Positions 27,489 to 37,979 of a stretch of DNA of 64,000 nt are shown here, in pieces (within the stretch, counting starts at the first letter, position 1; every line of letters starts with the position of its first letter). The notes beneath the pieces are model-generated. The model ran no database searches and was not told the origin of the DNA. It saw only the letters and a program-made list of their open reading frames with translations. The stretch is from Alphaproteobacteria bacterium. GTDB taxonomy: Bacteria > Pseudomonadota > Alphaproteobacteria > DATDPM01. The DNA is taken from NCBI GenBank assembly GCA_041498815.1, contig JBGQJC010000005.1, positions 2,629 through 66,628 on the forward strand, in the 5' to 3' direction. Made by a program: the position numbers and the translations under genes.

Positions 27489-29195
27489 ATGATGCCATTC
27501 CCGCCCATGCCCGAACTCCGGCGCGCCGCGCATTGCGCCATACGCAGCATCAACGCGGGGTTAAGCGAGCTTTGCTTCCGCGTTCCCCTCTACAAATTGA
27601 CTCTCGCCAGGCGCGGCCCCCGCGAAATCCGCCATGCCGCGCCCGATCCCTGGCCGGGCTTCCCGGCGCGCGGCGAGGCGATCGTCGAAGGGCGCTTCGC
27701 TTTGGGCGGCGAAACCGTTTTCGGCGACCTGGCGGCCTGGGGCGGCGATGCCGGGCCCGCCTGGCGCGAAGCCTTTCATTCCTTCGAATGGCTGCGCGAC
27801 CTGCGGGCGCTGGGCGGCGACCCGGCGCATCAGCGCGCGCGCAAGCTGGTCAAGGATTGGATCACGCGCTGCGATGGCTGGAGCACGCCCGCCTGGCGCG
27901 GCGACGTTTTGGGACGGCGCCTCGCCTCCTGGGTTTCCCATTACGATTTCTTCGCCGCCGGGGCGGACGCCGCCTTCCGCGCCCAGGTGCTGGTTTCGCT
28001 GGCGCGCCAGACGCGACACCTGTCGCGCATATTGCCGGGCGCCTTGGATGGTGCTGCGCTTTTGTCGGCGATCAAGGGTCTGGTGCTGGCGAGCTTGGCG
28101 CTTCCCAATTCCACCCGCGCGCTCGCTCGCGCCCTCGATCTTCTGGCGCGCGAGCTGCCGCGGCAAATACTTCCCGACGGCGGGCACGTCGAGCGCTGCC
28201 CGTCGTTGCAGCTTTCCGTGCTGCGCGATCTCGTGGATTTGCGCGGCGCGTTATTGGCGGCGCAATATCCGGTGCCCGAGGAACTTTTGAATGCCATCGA
28301 CCGCGTCGCGCCGATGCTGCGCTTCTTCCGCTTGGGCGACGGCGGGCTCGCGCTGTTCAATTCCGGCGGCGAGGAAGAGCCCTGGCTCATCGACCTCGTG
28401 CTCACGCGCGCCGACGCCAAGGGCAAGCCGCTCTCCGCAGCACCCCACAGCCGGTTTCAAAGATTGGCGTTGGGGCGCAGCGTCGTGGTGCTCGATGCCG
28501 GGGCGCCCGTCTCCGTCCATTGCGCCCGCGGCATTGCCGAGCGCGCCCATGCCGGGACGCTCGCTTTCGAAATGAGCGAGGCCAAGGACCGGCTGATCGT
28601 GAATTGCGGCCCGGCGCCCGCGCGCACGCCGGAATGGAACCGCGCGGCGCGCGCCACGGCCGCCCATTCGACGCTCGTCGTCGCCGACACCAATTCGGCC
28701 GAAATCCGCGAAGACCGCCTGGCGAACGGCCCCGAGAGCGTGCTCTGCCGGCGCACCGAAACCGAGGAGGGCATCACCCTCGAAGCCCAGCACGACGGAT
28801 ATGCCGGGCCATTCGGCTTGGTGCATCGCCGCCGCCTGACCCTCAGCGCCGGCGGCGAGGAATTGCGCGGCGAGGATTCGCTTATCGCGGCCGGCAAGCG
28901 CCGCAAAAGATCGGAGCATCCGTTTGCGATCCGGTTCCATCTTCATCCCGACGTGAAGGCCTTGCCGCTCCAAGACGCCCACTCCGTGCTCCTCAAGCTC
29001 GCCTCGGGAATGGGCGTGCGTTTCGCCGCCACCGGCGGGTCGGTTGCGATCGAGGACAGCGTTTATCTCGGGACCGGGGAGCCGCGCAAAAGCCGCCAGA
29101 TCGTGGTGACCGGTACCGCAAAACCGGCAAAGGAAGGCGAGGCCGCGGTCGTCTCGTGGGTGCTGGCCCGCGCCGGGGCGAAGCCGGGGCGCTAA
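27489..29195 (+). CDS. Heparinase II/III-like family protein
   Basis: Alpha/alpha toroid-type N-terminal region and beta-sheet C-terminus characteristic of the heparinase II/III-like family. Start taken at MMPFPP inside the spurious 1146-aa ORF. The same rsmB-(this gene)-...-purH neighbourhood is seen in many alphaproteobacteria. Confidence 0.6.
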   Translation: MMPFPPMPELRRAAHCAIRSINAGLSELCFRVPLYKLTLARRGPREIRHAAPDPWPGFPARGEAIVEGRFALGGETVFGDLAAWGGDAGPAWREAFHSFEWLRDLRALGGDPAHQRARKLVKDWITRCDGWSTPAWRGDVLGRRLASWVSHYDFFAAGADAAFRAQVLVSLARQTRHLSRILPGALDGAALLSAIKGLVLASLALPNSTRALARALDLLARELPRQILPDGGHVERCPSLQLSVLRDLVDLRGALLAAQYPVPEELLNAIDRVAPMLRFFRLGDGGLALFNSGGEEEPWLIDLVLTRADAKGKPLSAAPHSRFQRLALGRSVVVLDAGAPVSVHCARGIAERAHAGTLAFEMSEAKDRLIVNCGPAPARTPEWNRAARATAAHSTLVVADTNSAEIREDRLANGPESVLCRRTETEEGITLEAQHDGYAGPFGLVHRRRLTLSAGGEELRGEDSLIAAGKRRKRSEHPFAIRFHLHPDVKALPLQDAHSVLLKLASGMGVRFAATGGSVAIEDSVYLGTGEPRKSRQIVVTGTAKPAKEGEAAVVSWVLARAGAKPGR

Positions 29196-30457
29196 AGCTC
29201 CCAGCGGCGGATTGAATCTTGAAGCTTCAGGTTCCGCCACAGTCCCTTGATGTCGGCCACCAGCCCGCCGGGTTTCACTAGTGCTGCCAGATCGGCGGGC
29301 GAGAACGCGCGGTATTCGTCATGGGCCACGGCGCCGACCACGCAATCGAATTTCTGATCCTTTGGAATGCGCGGCGCGAGCGCGATGCGATAAAGTGCGG
29401 CGGCTTCGCGCGAATCGGCCAGCGGGTCGTGCACGGTGACGCGGTGTCCGTAATCCGCGAGGCCCCTCACGACATCCGCTACCTTGGAATTGCGCAAATC
29501 GGGCACGTTTTCCTTGAAGGTCAGGCCGAGGACGAGAATCTCCTTATGGCCCTGGTCGCCGCCAAGCTCGCGCGCGATGCGCTCGGCGACGAAGGTTCCC
29601 ATCCGGTCGTTGATGCGCCGCCCGGCCAGGATCACTTCCGGGTGGTGGCCGAGCTGCTCGGCGCAATGGGCGAGATAGAAGGGATCGACGCCGATGCAAT
29701 GCCCGCCCACCAGCCCGGGCCGGAAGTCGAGAAAGTTCCATTTCGTGCGCGCGGCGTCCAAGACGTCGAACATGGACAGGCCCAGCTTCTGGAAAATCTG
29801 CGCGACCTCGTTGATGAAGGCGATGTTGATGTCGCGCTGGGCGTTCTCGATCACCTTGGCCGCTTCCGCCGTGCGGATGTCCTTGGCAACATAGACGCCG
29901 GCCTCGGTCACGGCGCCGTAAATGCCCGCGAGCGTGGCGGCCACCTCCGGAGTCTGCCCCGCGACCACTTTAACGATCTTCTCCAGCGTATGGGTGCGGT
30001 CGCCGGGATTGATGCGCTCGGGCGAATAGCCGAGGAAGAAATCGCGGCCCGGCGCGAGGCCCGAAACCTTGGCGATCTCCGGCCCGCAGATGCCTTCGGT
30101 GACGCCGGGATAGACCGTGCTCTCGAAGACCACGATGGCGCCCTTGGCCACGGCGGCGCCCACGGTGCGGCAGGCGGCAAGCACCAGGGACAGATCGGGC
30201 CGGTTCTTGTCGTCCACGGGTGTCGGCACCGTGACGATGAATACGTCCGCGCCTTTGATGTCATTGGGCGCGGCTGTGATCCGCATCTTGGCCGCGCTGA
30301 GAACGGCCGTATCGACCTCGCCGGTCCGATCGATCCCCGACTTCAATTGCTCGACGCGCTCGGCGTTCACGTCGAAACCGGTGACGTCGTGATGGCGGGC
30401 GAGTGCCACGCAAAGTGGCAGCCCGACGTAGCCGAGGCCGATGACGGCGATGCGCAC
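29192..30457 (-). CDS. Nucleotide-sugar dehydrogenase (UDP-glucose/GDP-mannose dehydrogenase family; TviB/WbpA-like)
   Basis: RIAVIGLGYVGLP NAD-binding N-terminus, catalytic Cys region (GGHCIGVDP). Start taken at the GTG (VRIAVIG) 82 codons into the ORF. Confidence 0.8.
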   Translation of the reverse strand: MRIAVIGLGYVGLPLCVALARHHDVTGFDVNAERVEQLKSGIDRTGEVDTAVLSAAKMRITAAPNDIKGADVFIVTVPTPVDDKNRPDLSLVLAACRTVGAAVAKGAIVVFESTVYPGVTEGICGPEIAKVSGLAPGRDFFLGYSPERINPGDRTHTLEKIVKVVAGQTPEVAATLAGIYGAVTEAGVYVAKDIRTAEAAKVIENAQRDINIAFINEVAQIFQKLGLSMFDVLDAARTKWNFLDFRPGLVGGHCIGVDPFYLAHCAEQLGHHPEVILAGRRINDRMGTFVAERIARELGGDQGHKEILVLGLTFKENVPDLRNSKVADVVRGLADYGHRVTVHDPLADSREAAALYRIALAPRIPKDQKFDCVVGAVAHDEYRAFSPADLAALVKPGGLVADIKGLWRNLKLQDSIRRWEL

Positions 30458-30571
30458 GGCAATCCCCTGGAGAGGCGGGCGGTGGCGCGATTCCTTGCCC
30501 TCCCGCCCCGGCTTTGTCAATGCGGGCGGCCCGGCTTTCGCCGCCCTTGGCCCGCGCGGTATAACCGGCCC

Positions 30572-31579
30572 ATGGGGGGAGCGGGTTACGTCCTGGCCTT
30601 TGCCGTGGTCTTCGCCGCGGTGCTTTTCGGCACCGGCGCCGCCGCGAAGTATCTGCGGGCGCGCGCCATCCTCGATCGGCCCAACGAGCGCAGCAGCCAT
30701 GCCGCGCCCACGCCCAGGGGCGGCGGCATCGCGGTCAGCGCGGTGTTGATATCGGCCTTCGCCGCGATCGGTTTCGTCACGGCGGAACGCCCCACGGCCT
30801 CGGCCGCACTTCTTATAGGGGCGCTCGTTCTCGCCGCCGTTTCCTGGATCGACGATCTGCGCGGCTTGCCGCCTTGGCTGCGGCTTGCGGTGCAGGTTGC
30901 CGCGGCGACTTCCGCGCTGCCGGCGCTCCCCCTATCGGGACTCGTATTCCAGGGATTGTTGCCGCCTCTCGCCGATCACGCGGCTGCGGTACTGCTCTGG
31001 GTCTGGTTCGTCAATCTGTTCAATTTCATGGACGGGATCGATGGGATCGCGGGGGTGGAGGCGGCCACCAATGGGTTCGGGTTGTTTCTCATTGCGCTTC
31101 TGTTTCCGGCTGCCGGTGCGCTACCGGGGTTTGCGCTCTATGCGCTCACCATCGCCGCCGCCGCGCTAGGCTTCCTGTGGTGGAATTGGGAGCCGGCCAA
31201 GGTGTTCTTGGGCGACGTGGGAAGCGTGCCGCTCGGATTCCTGCTGGGCTTTCTGCTTTTGTCCCTGGCGGCGGCGGGCTTATGGCCTGCCGCGCTCATC
31301 CTGCCGCTTTATTACCTCGCCGATTCGGGCGTCACGCTGATGCGCCGTATCGCCGCGGGCGAGAAAATTTGGCAGGCGCATGCCGGCCATTTCTATCAGC
31401 GCGCCGCGCGCCGCATCGGCTCCCATGCCGCAACGGTGCGGGCGATTGCTTTCGCCAACCTCGGCCTCATGGGCCTGGCGCTTTTGGCCTGCGTTGGCTT
31501 TGAGGCGGCGGCGCTGGTTTCGGCCGCCGCGGTCACGGCCCTGCTTCTGGCCTATCTCGCGGGGGGCTTGAAGCCATGA
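30572..31579 (+). CDS. Undecaprenyl-phosphate N-acetylhexosamine-1-phosphate transferase (WecA/WbpL/MraY family, GT4)
   Basis: NLFNFMDGIDGIAG motif, multiple TM helices. Start taken at MGGAGYVLAF inside a spurious longer ORF. Confidence 0.8.
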   Translation: MGGAGYVLAFAVVFAAVLFGTGAAAKYLRARAILDRPNERSSHAAPTPRGGGIAVSAVLISAFAAIGFVTAERPTASAALLIGALVLAAVSWIDDLRGLPPWLRLAVQVAAATSALPALPLSGLVFQGLLPPLADHAAAVLLWVWFVNLFNFMDGIDGIAGVEAATNGFGLFLIALLFPAAGALPGFALYALTIAAAALGFLWWNWEPAKVFLGDVGSVPLGFLLGFLLLSLAAAGLWPAALILPLYYLADSGVTLMRRIAAGEKIWQAHAGHFYQRAARRIGSHAATVRAIAFANLGLMGLALLACVGFEAAALVSAAAVTALLLAYLAGGLKP

Positions 31580-31610
31580 TCTGCCTCCCGCCCTGTGCTA
31601 TTTTCGGGCG

Positions 31611-33545
31611 GTGACCGCCATGCCGCGCTTGCGCCGGATCAGCCGCGCCAATATCACCTTCGCCCACGATATCGTGATGGCGGCGCTCTCGTTTGTCCTC
31701 TCGCTTTATTTGCGGGTCGGCGATCAGATCTTCGCATACTCGCCGGAATTCGTGCTGCGCGGGACCTTCACCTTCACGGCGATCGCGGCCGCCGTGTTCT
31801 GGTGGACCGGGCTCTATCGCGGCGTGTGGCGCTACGCCTCGCTCAACGACATGGTGGCGATCGCCAAGGCGGTGACGCTTGTCGCCCTCATCTTCCTGGC
31901 GTTCCAGTTCCTCGCCACCCGCCTCGAGGATTTCCCGCGCTCGGCCCAGGTCATCAATTGGTTCGTCCTCATTTTCCTTTTGGGGGGCCCGCGCTTCGTC
32001 TATCGCGTGGCGAAGGACCGGGGGTTCCGCTTCGTTCTGAAGCGCGAAACCCATCCCCAGATTCCGGTGCTGCTGATCGGCACGGGCGACGCGGCGGAGC
32101 TTTTCATCCGCGAGATGGGACGCGATGCGAACGCGCCCTACCGCGTCGTCGGGTTTCTTTCGGCCAAGGACGGGCGCGTTGGACGCCACATCCACGGCGT
32201 CGAGGTGTTGGGCGATTTCGGCGATCTCGACACGGTCGTGGAAAATCTGTCGACGCAAGGCGAGCGGCCCCAGCGCATGATCATCACCAGCGACCGCATT
32301 GCGGGCGAAACCGTGCGCGCGCTGCTCGAGTCGTCCTTCCGCCTCGGCATCGCATTGTCCCGTCTTCCGCGCCTGACCGATTTCAAGAGCGGCACGCCCG
32401 AGAAGCTGGAGGTGCGGCCGGTCGCCATCGAAGACCTGTTGTTCCGGCCGCAAACGGTGCTCGACCGCGAATCGATGCGGGCCCTTCTGGCGGGAAAGCG
32501 CGTGCTCGTCACCGGGGCGGGCGGCACCATCGGCGCGGAGCTGGTGCGCCAGATCTCCGATTTCGGCCCGGCCCATCTGTCGTTGCTCGATAACGGCGAG
32601 TTCGCGCTTTACGCCATCGACCGCGAATTGTCCGAGCGCCACGCCGGCCTGCCAAGAGCCGCGATTTTCGCCGATGTGCGCGATAGCGCCCGCGTCAACG
32701 AGTTGATGAAAAGCCAATCGCCTGAACTCGTGTTCCACGCCGCGGCCTTGAAGCACGTGCCGGTGGTGGAAGACCACCCCAACGAAGGCGCCCTCACCAA
32801 CGCGATCGGAACGCGCAACGTCGCCGATGCCTGCGCCGCTGCGGCTGTGCGCGCCATGGTGCTGATCTCGACCGACAAGGCGGTCAATCCGACCAGCGTG
32901 ATGGGGGCGACCAAGCGTTTGGCCGAAAGCTATTGCCAGGCGCGCGACGTCGTTTCACGCCGCGGTACGAACATCACGCGGTTTTTGACGGTGCGCTTCG
33001 GCAACGTGCTGGGTTCGACCGGCTCGGTCGTGCCCCTGTTCCAGCACCAGCTGCAGCGGGGCCTGCCGCTGACCGTCACCGATCCCGCCATGACCCGCTT
33101 CTTCATGACCGTGCGCGAGGCGGTGGAACTCGTGCTTCAGGCGTCGGCACTGGGGGCCGCCGGCGGCGAGGAGGGGCGCATCTTCGTCCTCGACATGGGC
33201 GATCCGGTCAAGATCCTCGACCTTGCCCATCAGATGATAAGGCTTGCCGGGCTGACGCCCGATCGCGACGTGCCGGTCGTTTTCACTGGCGTGCGCCCCG
33301 GCGAAAAATTGCATGAGGAACTTTTCCACGGCGCGGAAAAAATCGAGCCGACCGAGGCGAAGGGAATTTTGCTCGCGGCGCCCCGCACCGCCGACTTGGC
33401 CGTGCTCTTGCGCGCCTTCGAGGAATTGGAAGAGGCGGCAAAGGCCGGGCGCAGCGAACAGACGCTGAGCCTGCTGGCGCGGTTCGTTCCCGAATACCGG
33501 CCCCTGCACGAGACCGGCGACGCCCGGCGGGCCGTCCGCCCGTGA
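31611..33545 (+). CDS. Polysaccharide biosynthesis protein CapD/WbpM/PglF-like (membrane-bound UDP-GlcNAc 4,6-dehydratase/epimerase)
   Basis: Four N-terminal TM helices, then [18 protein letters not shown] Rossmann motif and an SDR catalytic region. Confidence 0.85.
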   Translation: MTAMPRLRRISRANITFAHDIVMAALSFVLSLYLRVGDQIFAYSPEFVLRGTFTFTAIAAAVFWWTGLYRGVWRYASLNDMVAIAKAVTLVALIFLAFQFLATRLEDFPRSAQVINWFVLIFLLGGPRFVYRVAKDRGFRFVLKRETHPQIPVLLIGTGDAAELFIREMGRDANAPYRVVGFLSAKDGRVGRHIHGVEVLGDFGDLDTVVENLSTQGERPQRMIITSDRIAGETVRALLESSFRLGIALSRLPRLTDFKSGTPEKLEVRPVAIEDLLFRPQTVLDRESMRALLAGKRVLVTGAGGTIGAELVRQISDFGPAHLSLLDNGEFALYAIDRELSERHAGLPRAAIFADVRDSARVNELMKSQSPELVFHAAALKHVPVVEDHPNEGALTNAIGTRNVADACAAAAVRAMVLISTDKAVNPTSVMGATKRLAESYCQARDVVSRRGTNITRFLTVRFGNVLGSTGSVVPLFQHQLQRGLPLTVTDPAMTRFFMTVREAVELVLQASALGAAGGEEGRIFVLDMGDPVKILDLAHQMIRLAGLTPDRDVPVVFTGVRPGEKLHEELFHGAEKIEPTEAKGILLAAPRTADLAVLLRAFEELEEAAKAGRSEQTLSLLARFVPEYRPLHETGDARRAVRP

Positions 33546-35152
33546 GCCAGCCGCCGCCGCAAGGCGCTGCAGCCGGTATCGCCGGGCTTGTCCCGATCAC
33601 CCGGGCCCTCATTTCGGTTTCCGACAAAACCGGACTAGCCGAATTCGGGAAGTTCCTCGCCGGGCGCAAGGTCGAGATACTTTCGACCGGCGGCTCGGCC
33701 GAGGCACTCCGCAAGGCGGGGGTGCCGGTCACCGAGGTTTCAACGGCGACCGGCCAGCCGGAGATTTTGGGCGGGCGGGTCAAGACCCTGCACCCCAAGA
33801 TTCACGGCGGAATTCTGGCCAAGCGCGACGAGCCTTCGCACCTGGCGCAATTGTCGGCCCAGGGCATAGCAGCCATTGATCTGGTCGCGGTCAACCTTTA
33901 TCCGTTCGAGGCGGCGCTGGCCAAAGGGGCCGATTTCGCGACCTGCATCGAGAACATCGACATCGGCGGGCCGGCGCTGATCCGCGCCGCGGCGAAGAAC
34001 CATGATTTTGTCACGGTCGCCGCCGATCCGGCGGATTATCCGGCCATCACGGCGGAGATGGCGGAACACGATGGGGCCACCAGCTTGCGCTTGCGCCGGC
34101 GCCTGGCCGCCGATGCCTATGCGCGCACCGCGTCCTACGATGCGGCGATCGCGGACTGGATGTCGAAGAACCAGGGCGATTTATTCCCCCAGCGCATGAT
34201 CCTGGCGGGCGTGCGCCGGCAACTCCTGCGCTACGGCGAAAACCCGCATCAGCAGGCGGCGTTCTATGCCACGTCCGAGAAGCAATTCGGGGTCGCGACC
34301 GCGGTCCAGCTTCAGGGCAAGGAACTCAGCTACAACAATTTGAACGACACCGATGCCGCCTTCGGGCTGGTCGCGGAATTTCGCGAGCCCGCCTGCGCCA
34401 TCGTCAAGCACGCGAACCCGTGCGGGGCCGCGACCGCGACGACCCTGAAGGAAGCTTGGGAACGCGCGCTCGCCTGCGATCCGATAAGCGCCTACGGCGG
34501 GGTCGTCGCCTTCAACCGCCCACTCGACCCCGATACCGCGCGCGAAATCGCCAAGCTCTTCACCGAGGTCATCATCGCACCCCAAGTCCTCGATCCCGCG
34601 CGCAAGATCCTGGCGGAGAAAAAGAATTTGCGCGTGCTGGAGGCGGGCGGACTCCCGGACGCGGCGCTGTCGGGAGTAGTCTTCCGCTCGCTTGCGGGCG
34701 GATTCCTGGCCCAGACTCTCGATAACGAAGGCAGCCCGGAATTAAAAGTGGTCGGCAAGCGCGCGCCCAGTGCGGCCGAAAGATCGGATCTATTGTTCGC
34801 CTTCCTGGTCGCAAAGCACGTGAAGTCGAACGCGGTCGTCTTCGCCCATCGCGGCGCGACCGTTGCCATCGGCGCCGGGCAAATGAGCCGCGTCGATGCC
34901 GCGCGCATCGCGGTCCTGAAATCCGACGCCGCCGCGCGCATTGCCGGCGAGAAAAAGCGGCGCACGGAAGGCTCCGTGGTTGCCTCGGACGCCTTCTTTC
35001 CGTTCCCGGACGCCCTCATCGTGGCGGCGGAAGCCGGCGCTTCGGCTGCGATTGCCCCGGGCGGGTCGGTGCGCGACGACGAAATCATCGCGGCGGCGGA
35101 TGCGCATGACATGGCGCTGGTCTTTGCCGGCGCGCGGCACTTCCGGCACTAA
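33542..35152 (+). CDS. purH: Bifunctional AICAR transformylase / IMP cyclohydrolase
   Basis: MGS-like N-terminal domain ([11 protein letters not shown]) and AICARFT C-terminal domain over the full length. Confidence 0.95.
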   Translation: MSQPPPQGAAAGIAGLVPITRALISVSDKTGLAEFGKFLAGRKVEILSTGGSAEALRKAGVPVTEVSTATGQPEILGGRVKTLHPKIHGGILAKRDEPSHLAQLSAQGIAAIDLVAVNLYPFEAALAKGADFATCIENIDIGGPALIRAAAKNHDFVTVAADPADYPAITAEMAEHDGATSLRLRRRLAADAYARTASYDAAIADWMSKNQGDLFPQRMILAGVRRQLLRYGENPHQQAAFYATSEKQFGVATAVQLQGKELSYNNLNDTDAAFGLVAEFREPACAIVKHANPCGAATATTLKEAWERALACDPISAYGGVVAFNRPLDPDTAREIAKLFTEVIIAPQVLDPARKILAEKKNLRVLEAGGLPDAALSGVVFRSLAGGFLAQTLDNEGSPELKVVGKRAPSAAERSDLLFAFLVAKHVKSNAVVFAHRGATVAIGAGQMSRVDAARIAVLKSDAAARIAGEKKRRTEGSVVASDAFFPFPDALIVAAEAGASAAIAPGGSVRDDEIIAAADAHDMALVFAGARHFRH

Positions 35153-35480
35153 GGCCGGTCCCGACACGGGCCCCAACAGATCGCGGAAAGAGGATCGGGT
35201 TAAACGCGCCTAATCGGGAACATCCCGGCCGGTGTGAAACGCATCCCAACCGCCATCGCCACTGTGACCAACGTCGTGGCACCGGTAGTCATCGCCGCAA
35301 CCGTCCCCATGACCTTGGTCCACTCGCGCGCGGCCACGACGAACGGAGCGGCTGCCGACGCGACAGCGGCGATCGCCGCTTTCGATGCGGCATCGGATGG
35401 ATGCGAAAAGGATTCGGATCGAATGGCGGGCAAAGATACGGTCATGACAAGCACCCAAAGGTTGATTCGAAGACCGGGAA

Positions 35481-35555
35481 ATGGAGCGGGAGACGGGAAT
35501 CGAACCCGCGACCCTCACGTTGGCAACGTGATGCTCTACCTCTGAGCTACTCCCG
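35481..35555 (-). tRNA. tRNA-Gly (anticodon GCC)
   Basis: Hand-folded cloverleaf: acceptor GCGGGAG, D-arm GCUC-AGAGGUA-GAGC, anticodon loop UUGCCAA, T-loop UUCGAUU, discriminator U, CCA encoded. Confidence 0.85.
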
Positions 35556-35765
35556 CATTCCGCCCGGCCCCAGACGGGCGGGGTCCGATAATAAGTAAAG
35601 CCCCCGGCATTGCAAGCCTTCCCCCGAAGCCTTAAGCGGCGTCCCCAGGCGACGGTTCTTGCCCGGCGAAGCCGCAGGTTCCATTTATAGGGCCTGCGGT
35701 CTTAACATATCCTTATCTGCGCCAGGCCCCAGGAACAGGGCCCGACAGGAGTCCCCGGAAAACCG

Positions 35766-36680
35766 ATGGAACCGATTTTGAAATCCGCCCCGCCCGAAGC
35801 AAACGCCGTCAAGGACGGCAACACCGCGAGCTTCATGGCCGATGTGATCGAGGGCTCGCGCGAGAACATCGTGCTGGTGGATTTTTGGGCGCCGTGGTGC
35901 GGGCCGTGCAAGCAACTCTCGCCCATCCTCGAGCGCGAGGTAGCCGGGACCAAGGGCGCGGTCCGCCTCGTCAAGATCAACATCGACGAGAATCCGGATC
36001 TCGCGCGCGAGATGCACGTGCAGTCGATTCCGGCGGTCTACGCTTTCTATCAGGGCCGCCCGGTCGACGGGTTCATGGGCGCGCTCCCGGAGCAGCAAGT
36101 CAAAGCATTCCTCGAGCGGATGGTGCGCGCGGTGGGCGGCGAGTTGCCGGCGGCGGCGCTTTCGGAAATGGCGGCCGAGGGGGACGCGATGCTGGCCGCG
36201 GGCGACATTCCGGGCGCGGAGCAGCTCTACCGCGAAGTGCTGGCCGCCGATGCCAAGCACGCAGGCGCGCTTGCGGGAACGGTTCGAAGCCGCATCCAGG
36301 CGGGAGACCATGCTGCCGCGCGCAAGATCATTGATCGCATCCCGGCCGAGCTTTCCGGAGCACCCGAAATTGCCGCGGCGCGAAGCGCCCTCGAGCTTGT
36401 CGAACAGCGCCCGGACGCCAATGCCGTCCGCCAAGCGCAAGAGAAATTGGCGGCGAACGTGAACGACCACCCCGCGCGATACGACCTTGCCGCCGCCCTT
36501 TATGCCGACGGCAAGTCCGAGGAGGCGGTCGATCAATTGATCGAGATCGTCAAGCGCGACCGCGACTGGAACGACCAGGCGGCGCGCACGCAGCTCTTGA
36601 AGCTGTTCGAGGCGCTGGGCCCCGCGCATCCGGTGGCGATGGCCGGACGGCGCAAGCTGTCCTCGGTGCTGTTCAAATGA
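35766..36680 (+). CDS. Thioredoxin-domain/TPR co-chaperone (YbbN/CnoX-like)
   Basis: N-terminal thioredoxin fold with WCGPC and a C-terminal TPR-like region. The antisense 354-aa ORF is discounted. Confidence 0.8.
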   Translation: MEPILKSAPPEANAVKDGNTASFMADVIEGSRENIVLVDFWAPWCGPCKQLSPILEREVAGTKGAVRLVKINIDENPDLAREMHVQSIPAVYAFYQGRPVDGFMGALPEQQVKAFLERMVRAVGGELPAAALSEMAAEGDAMLAAGDIPGAEQLYREVLAADAKHAGALAGTVRSRIQAGDHAAARKIIDRIPAELSGAPEIAAARSALELVEQRPDANAVRQAQEKLAANVNDHPARYDLAAALYADGKSEEAVDQLIEIVKRDRDWNDQAARTQLLKLFEALGPAHPVAMAGRRKLSSVLFK

Positions 36681-37345
36681 CGTCGCTGGACGAAACCGCG
36701 AACGGCCTTCTTCCCCACGAGCTTCCGATCTTTCCGTTGACCGGAGCATTCCTGATGCCCCAGGGCCGGTTGCCGCTTCATATTTTCGAGCCGCGTTACC
36801 TGGCGATGTTCGAGGATGCGCTCAAGGGCGACCGGCTGATCGGCATGGTCCAGCCGGTCGAGCCCGATGCGGAGGCGCGCCAGCCCGAGCCCGCGGTCCA
36901 CGCGACCGGTTGCGCGGGGCGAATCATCGTATTCAAAGAGACACGCGACCGCCGCTTCGAGATCGTGCTCGAAGGGGTGAGCCGCTTCGACATCGCGCGC
37001 GAACTCCTTGGCCGGCGCGGCTACCGCGTGGTCGAAGCGGTCTGGGATCGGTTCGGCCGCGACACCGGGGCGGACGAGGCGCTCGATACCGGGCTCAGGT
37101 CCCGCCTCTTGCAATCGCTGGAGCGATATCTCGCGGCGCGGGGCGTGACTTCGGACGATTCCGGGATCGCCGAGCTTTCGGGGTCCGAGTTGGTGGCCGC
37201 GATCGCCATGGCCTGCCCGTTCCACGCCATCGAGAAACAGGCGGTTCTGGAATCGCAGGCCGTGGACGAGCGCGCCCGGCTGCTCGCCTCGCTCCTCGAC
37301 ATGGCGGCGCATGGGCAAGAGCCCCCTTACATCTCACGCCAGTGA
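36677..37345 (+). CDS. LON substrate-binding (Lon N-terminal) domain protein
   Basis: ~220-aa protein with a Lon-N/PUA-like pattern. Its start overlaps the cnoX-like stop. This is a common pairing. Confidence 0.65.
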   Translation: MTSLDETANGLLPHELPIFPLTGAFLMPQGRLPLHIFEPRYLAMFEDALKGDRLIGMVQPVEPDAEARQPEPAVHATGCAGRIIVFKETRDRRFEIVLEGVSRFDIARELLGRRGYRVVEAVWDRFGRDTGADEALDTGLRSRLLQSLERYLAARGVTSDDSGIAELSGSELVAAIAMACPFHAIEKQAVLESQAVDERARLLASLLDMAAHGQEPPYISRQ

Positions 37346-37356
37346 CGGAGGAAACC

Positions 37357-37554
37357 ATGACTCGCAACGCCGTCGATCCCAAGCTTCTGGAAATCCTGGT
37401 CTGCCCGCTCACCAAAGGGCCGCTGCGCTACGACGAACAGGCCCAGGAACTCATCAGCGAGCAGGCGGGGCTGGCCTATCCGATCCGCGACGGCATTCCG
37501 ATCATGTTGGTGGATGAGGCGCGGCGCCTGGACGATTCACATACCCGCAAATGA
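37357..37554 (+). CDS. Trm112-like (UPF0434/YcaR) small protein
   Basis: 65 aa; [14 protein letters not shown]...[19 protein letters not shown] is the Trm112/YcaR signature. Confidence 0.75.
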   Translation: MTRNAVDPKLLEILVCPLTKGPLRYDEQAQELISEQAGLAYPIRDGIPIMLVDEARRLDDSHTRK

Positions 37555-37599
37555 ACCCCGCGCGGCGATGCCCCAAGCGAATATAAGGGTCACGCACAA

Positions 37600-37968
37600 G
37601 TGACCGGGGGCACCCGGCAGTGGCCGGTGGAAATCCGGCTCAAGACCGCGGACAAAATCCTCGAGATCGATTTCGACGACGGCAAAACCTTCCGCTATCC
37701 GGCGGAATACTTAAGGGTCGAAAGCCCGTCCGCCGAGGTCAAGGGCCACGGCCACGGCCAGCGCAAGATCGTTCCCGGCCGGCGCCATGTCGGGATCATG
37801 GAATTGGAGCCGGTCGGCAATTACGCGATCCGCATCCGGTTCGACGACCTGCACGACACCGGCATCTACACCTGGAATTATCTTTACGAGCTAGGCGGCG
37901 AATACGAGCAACGCTGGCAGGAATATCTCGATCAGCTCGCAGCAAAAGGCCTCTCGCGCGATCTGTGA
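37600..37968 (+). CDS. DUF971 family protein (gamma-butyrobetaine hydroxylase-like N-terminal domain)
   Basis: ~120 aa with ILEIDFDDGKTFRYPAEYLRVESPSAE...YAIRIRFDD..GIYTW, a DUF971 pattern. Confidence 0.65.
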   Translation: MTGGTRQWPVEIRLKTADKILEIDFDDGKTFRYPAEYLRVESPSAEVKGHGHGQRKIVPGRRHVGIMELEPVGNYAIRIRFDDLHDTGIYTWNYLYELGGEYEQRWQEYLDQLAAKGLSRDL

Positions 37969-37979
37969 CGCCGGCAGCA

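Noticed and set aside
25755-29195. 1146-aa plus-strand ORF spanning htpX 3' end, rsmB and the heparinase-like gene
   Set aside because: It is a high-GC read-through frame. It overlaps well-supported rsmB (different frame) and has an Arg/Pro/Ala-rich low-complexity translation. Only its last ~570 codons (from MMPFPP at 27489) correspond to a real protein family.
29321-30571. N-terminal 417 codons of the 752-aa plus-strand ORF
   Set aside because: Antisense to the nucleotide-sugar dehydrogenase gene. The WecA/MraY-family protein starts at the internal MGGAGYV.
35200-35454. 84-aa minus-strand ORF (and overlapping 103-aa plus-strand ORF) between purH and tRNA-Gly
   Set aside because: Two mutually exclusive open frames on opposite strands with Ala/Thr/Val-rich translations and no SD or motif. 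There is insufficient evidence to call either; a small membrane protein is possible.
35685-36749. 354-aa minus-strand ORF opposite the thioredoxin/TPR gene
   Set aside because: The plus-strand frame has a clear WCGPC thioredoxin motif and TPR region. The minus frame has no motifs.
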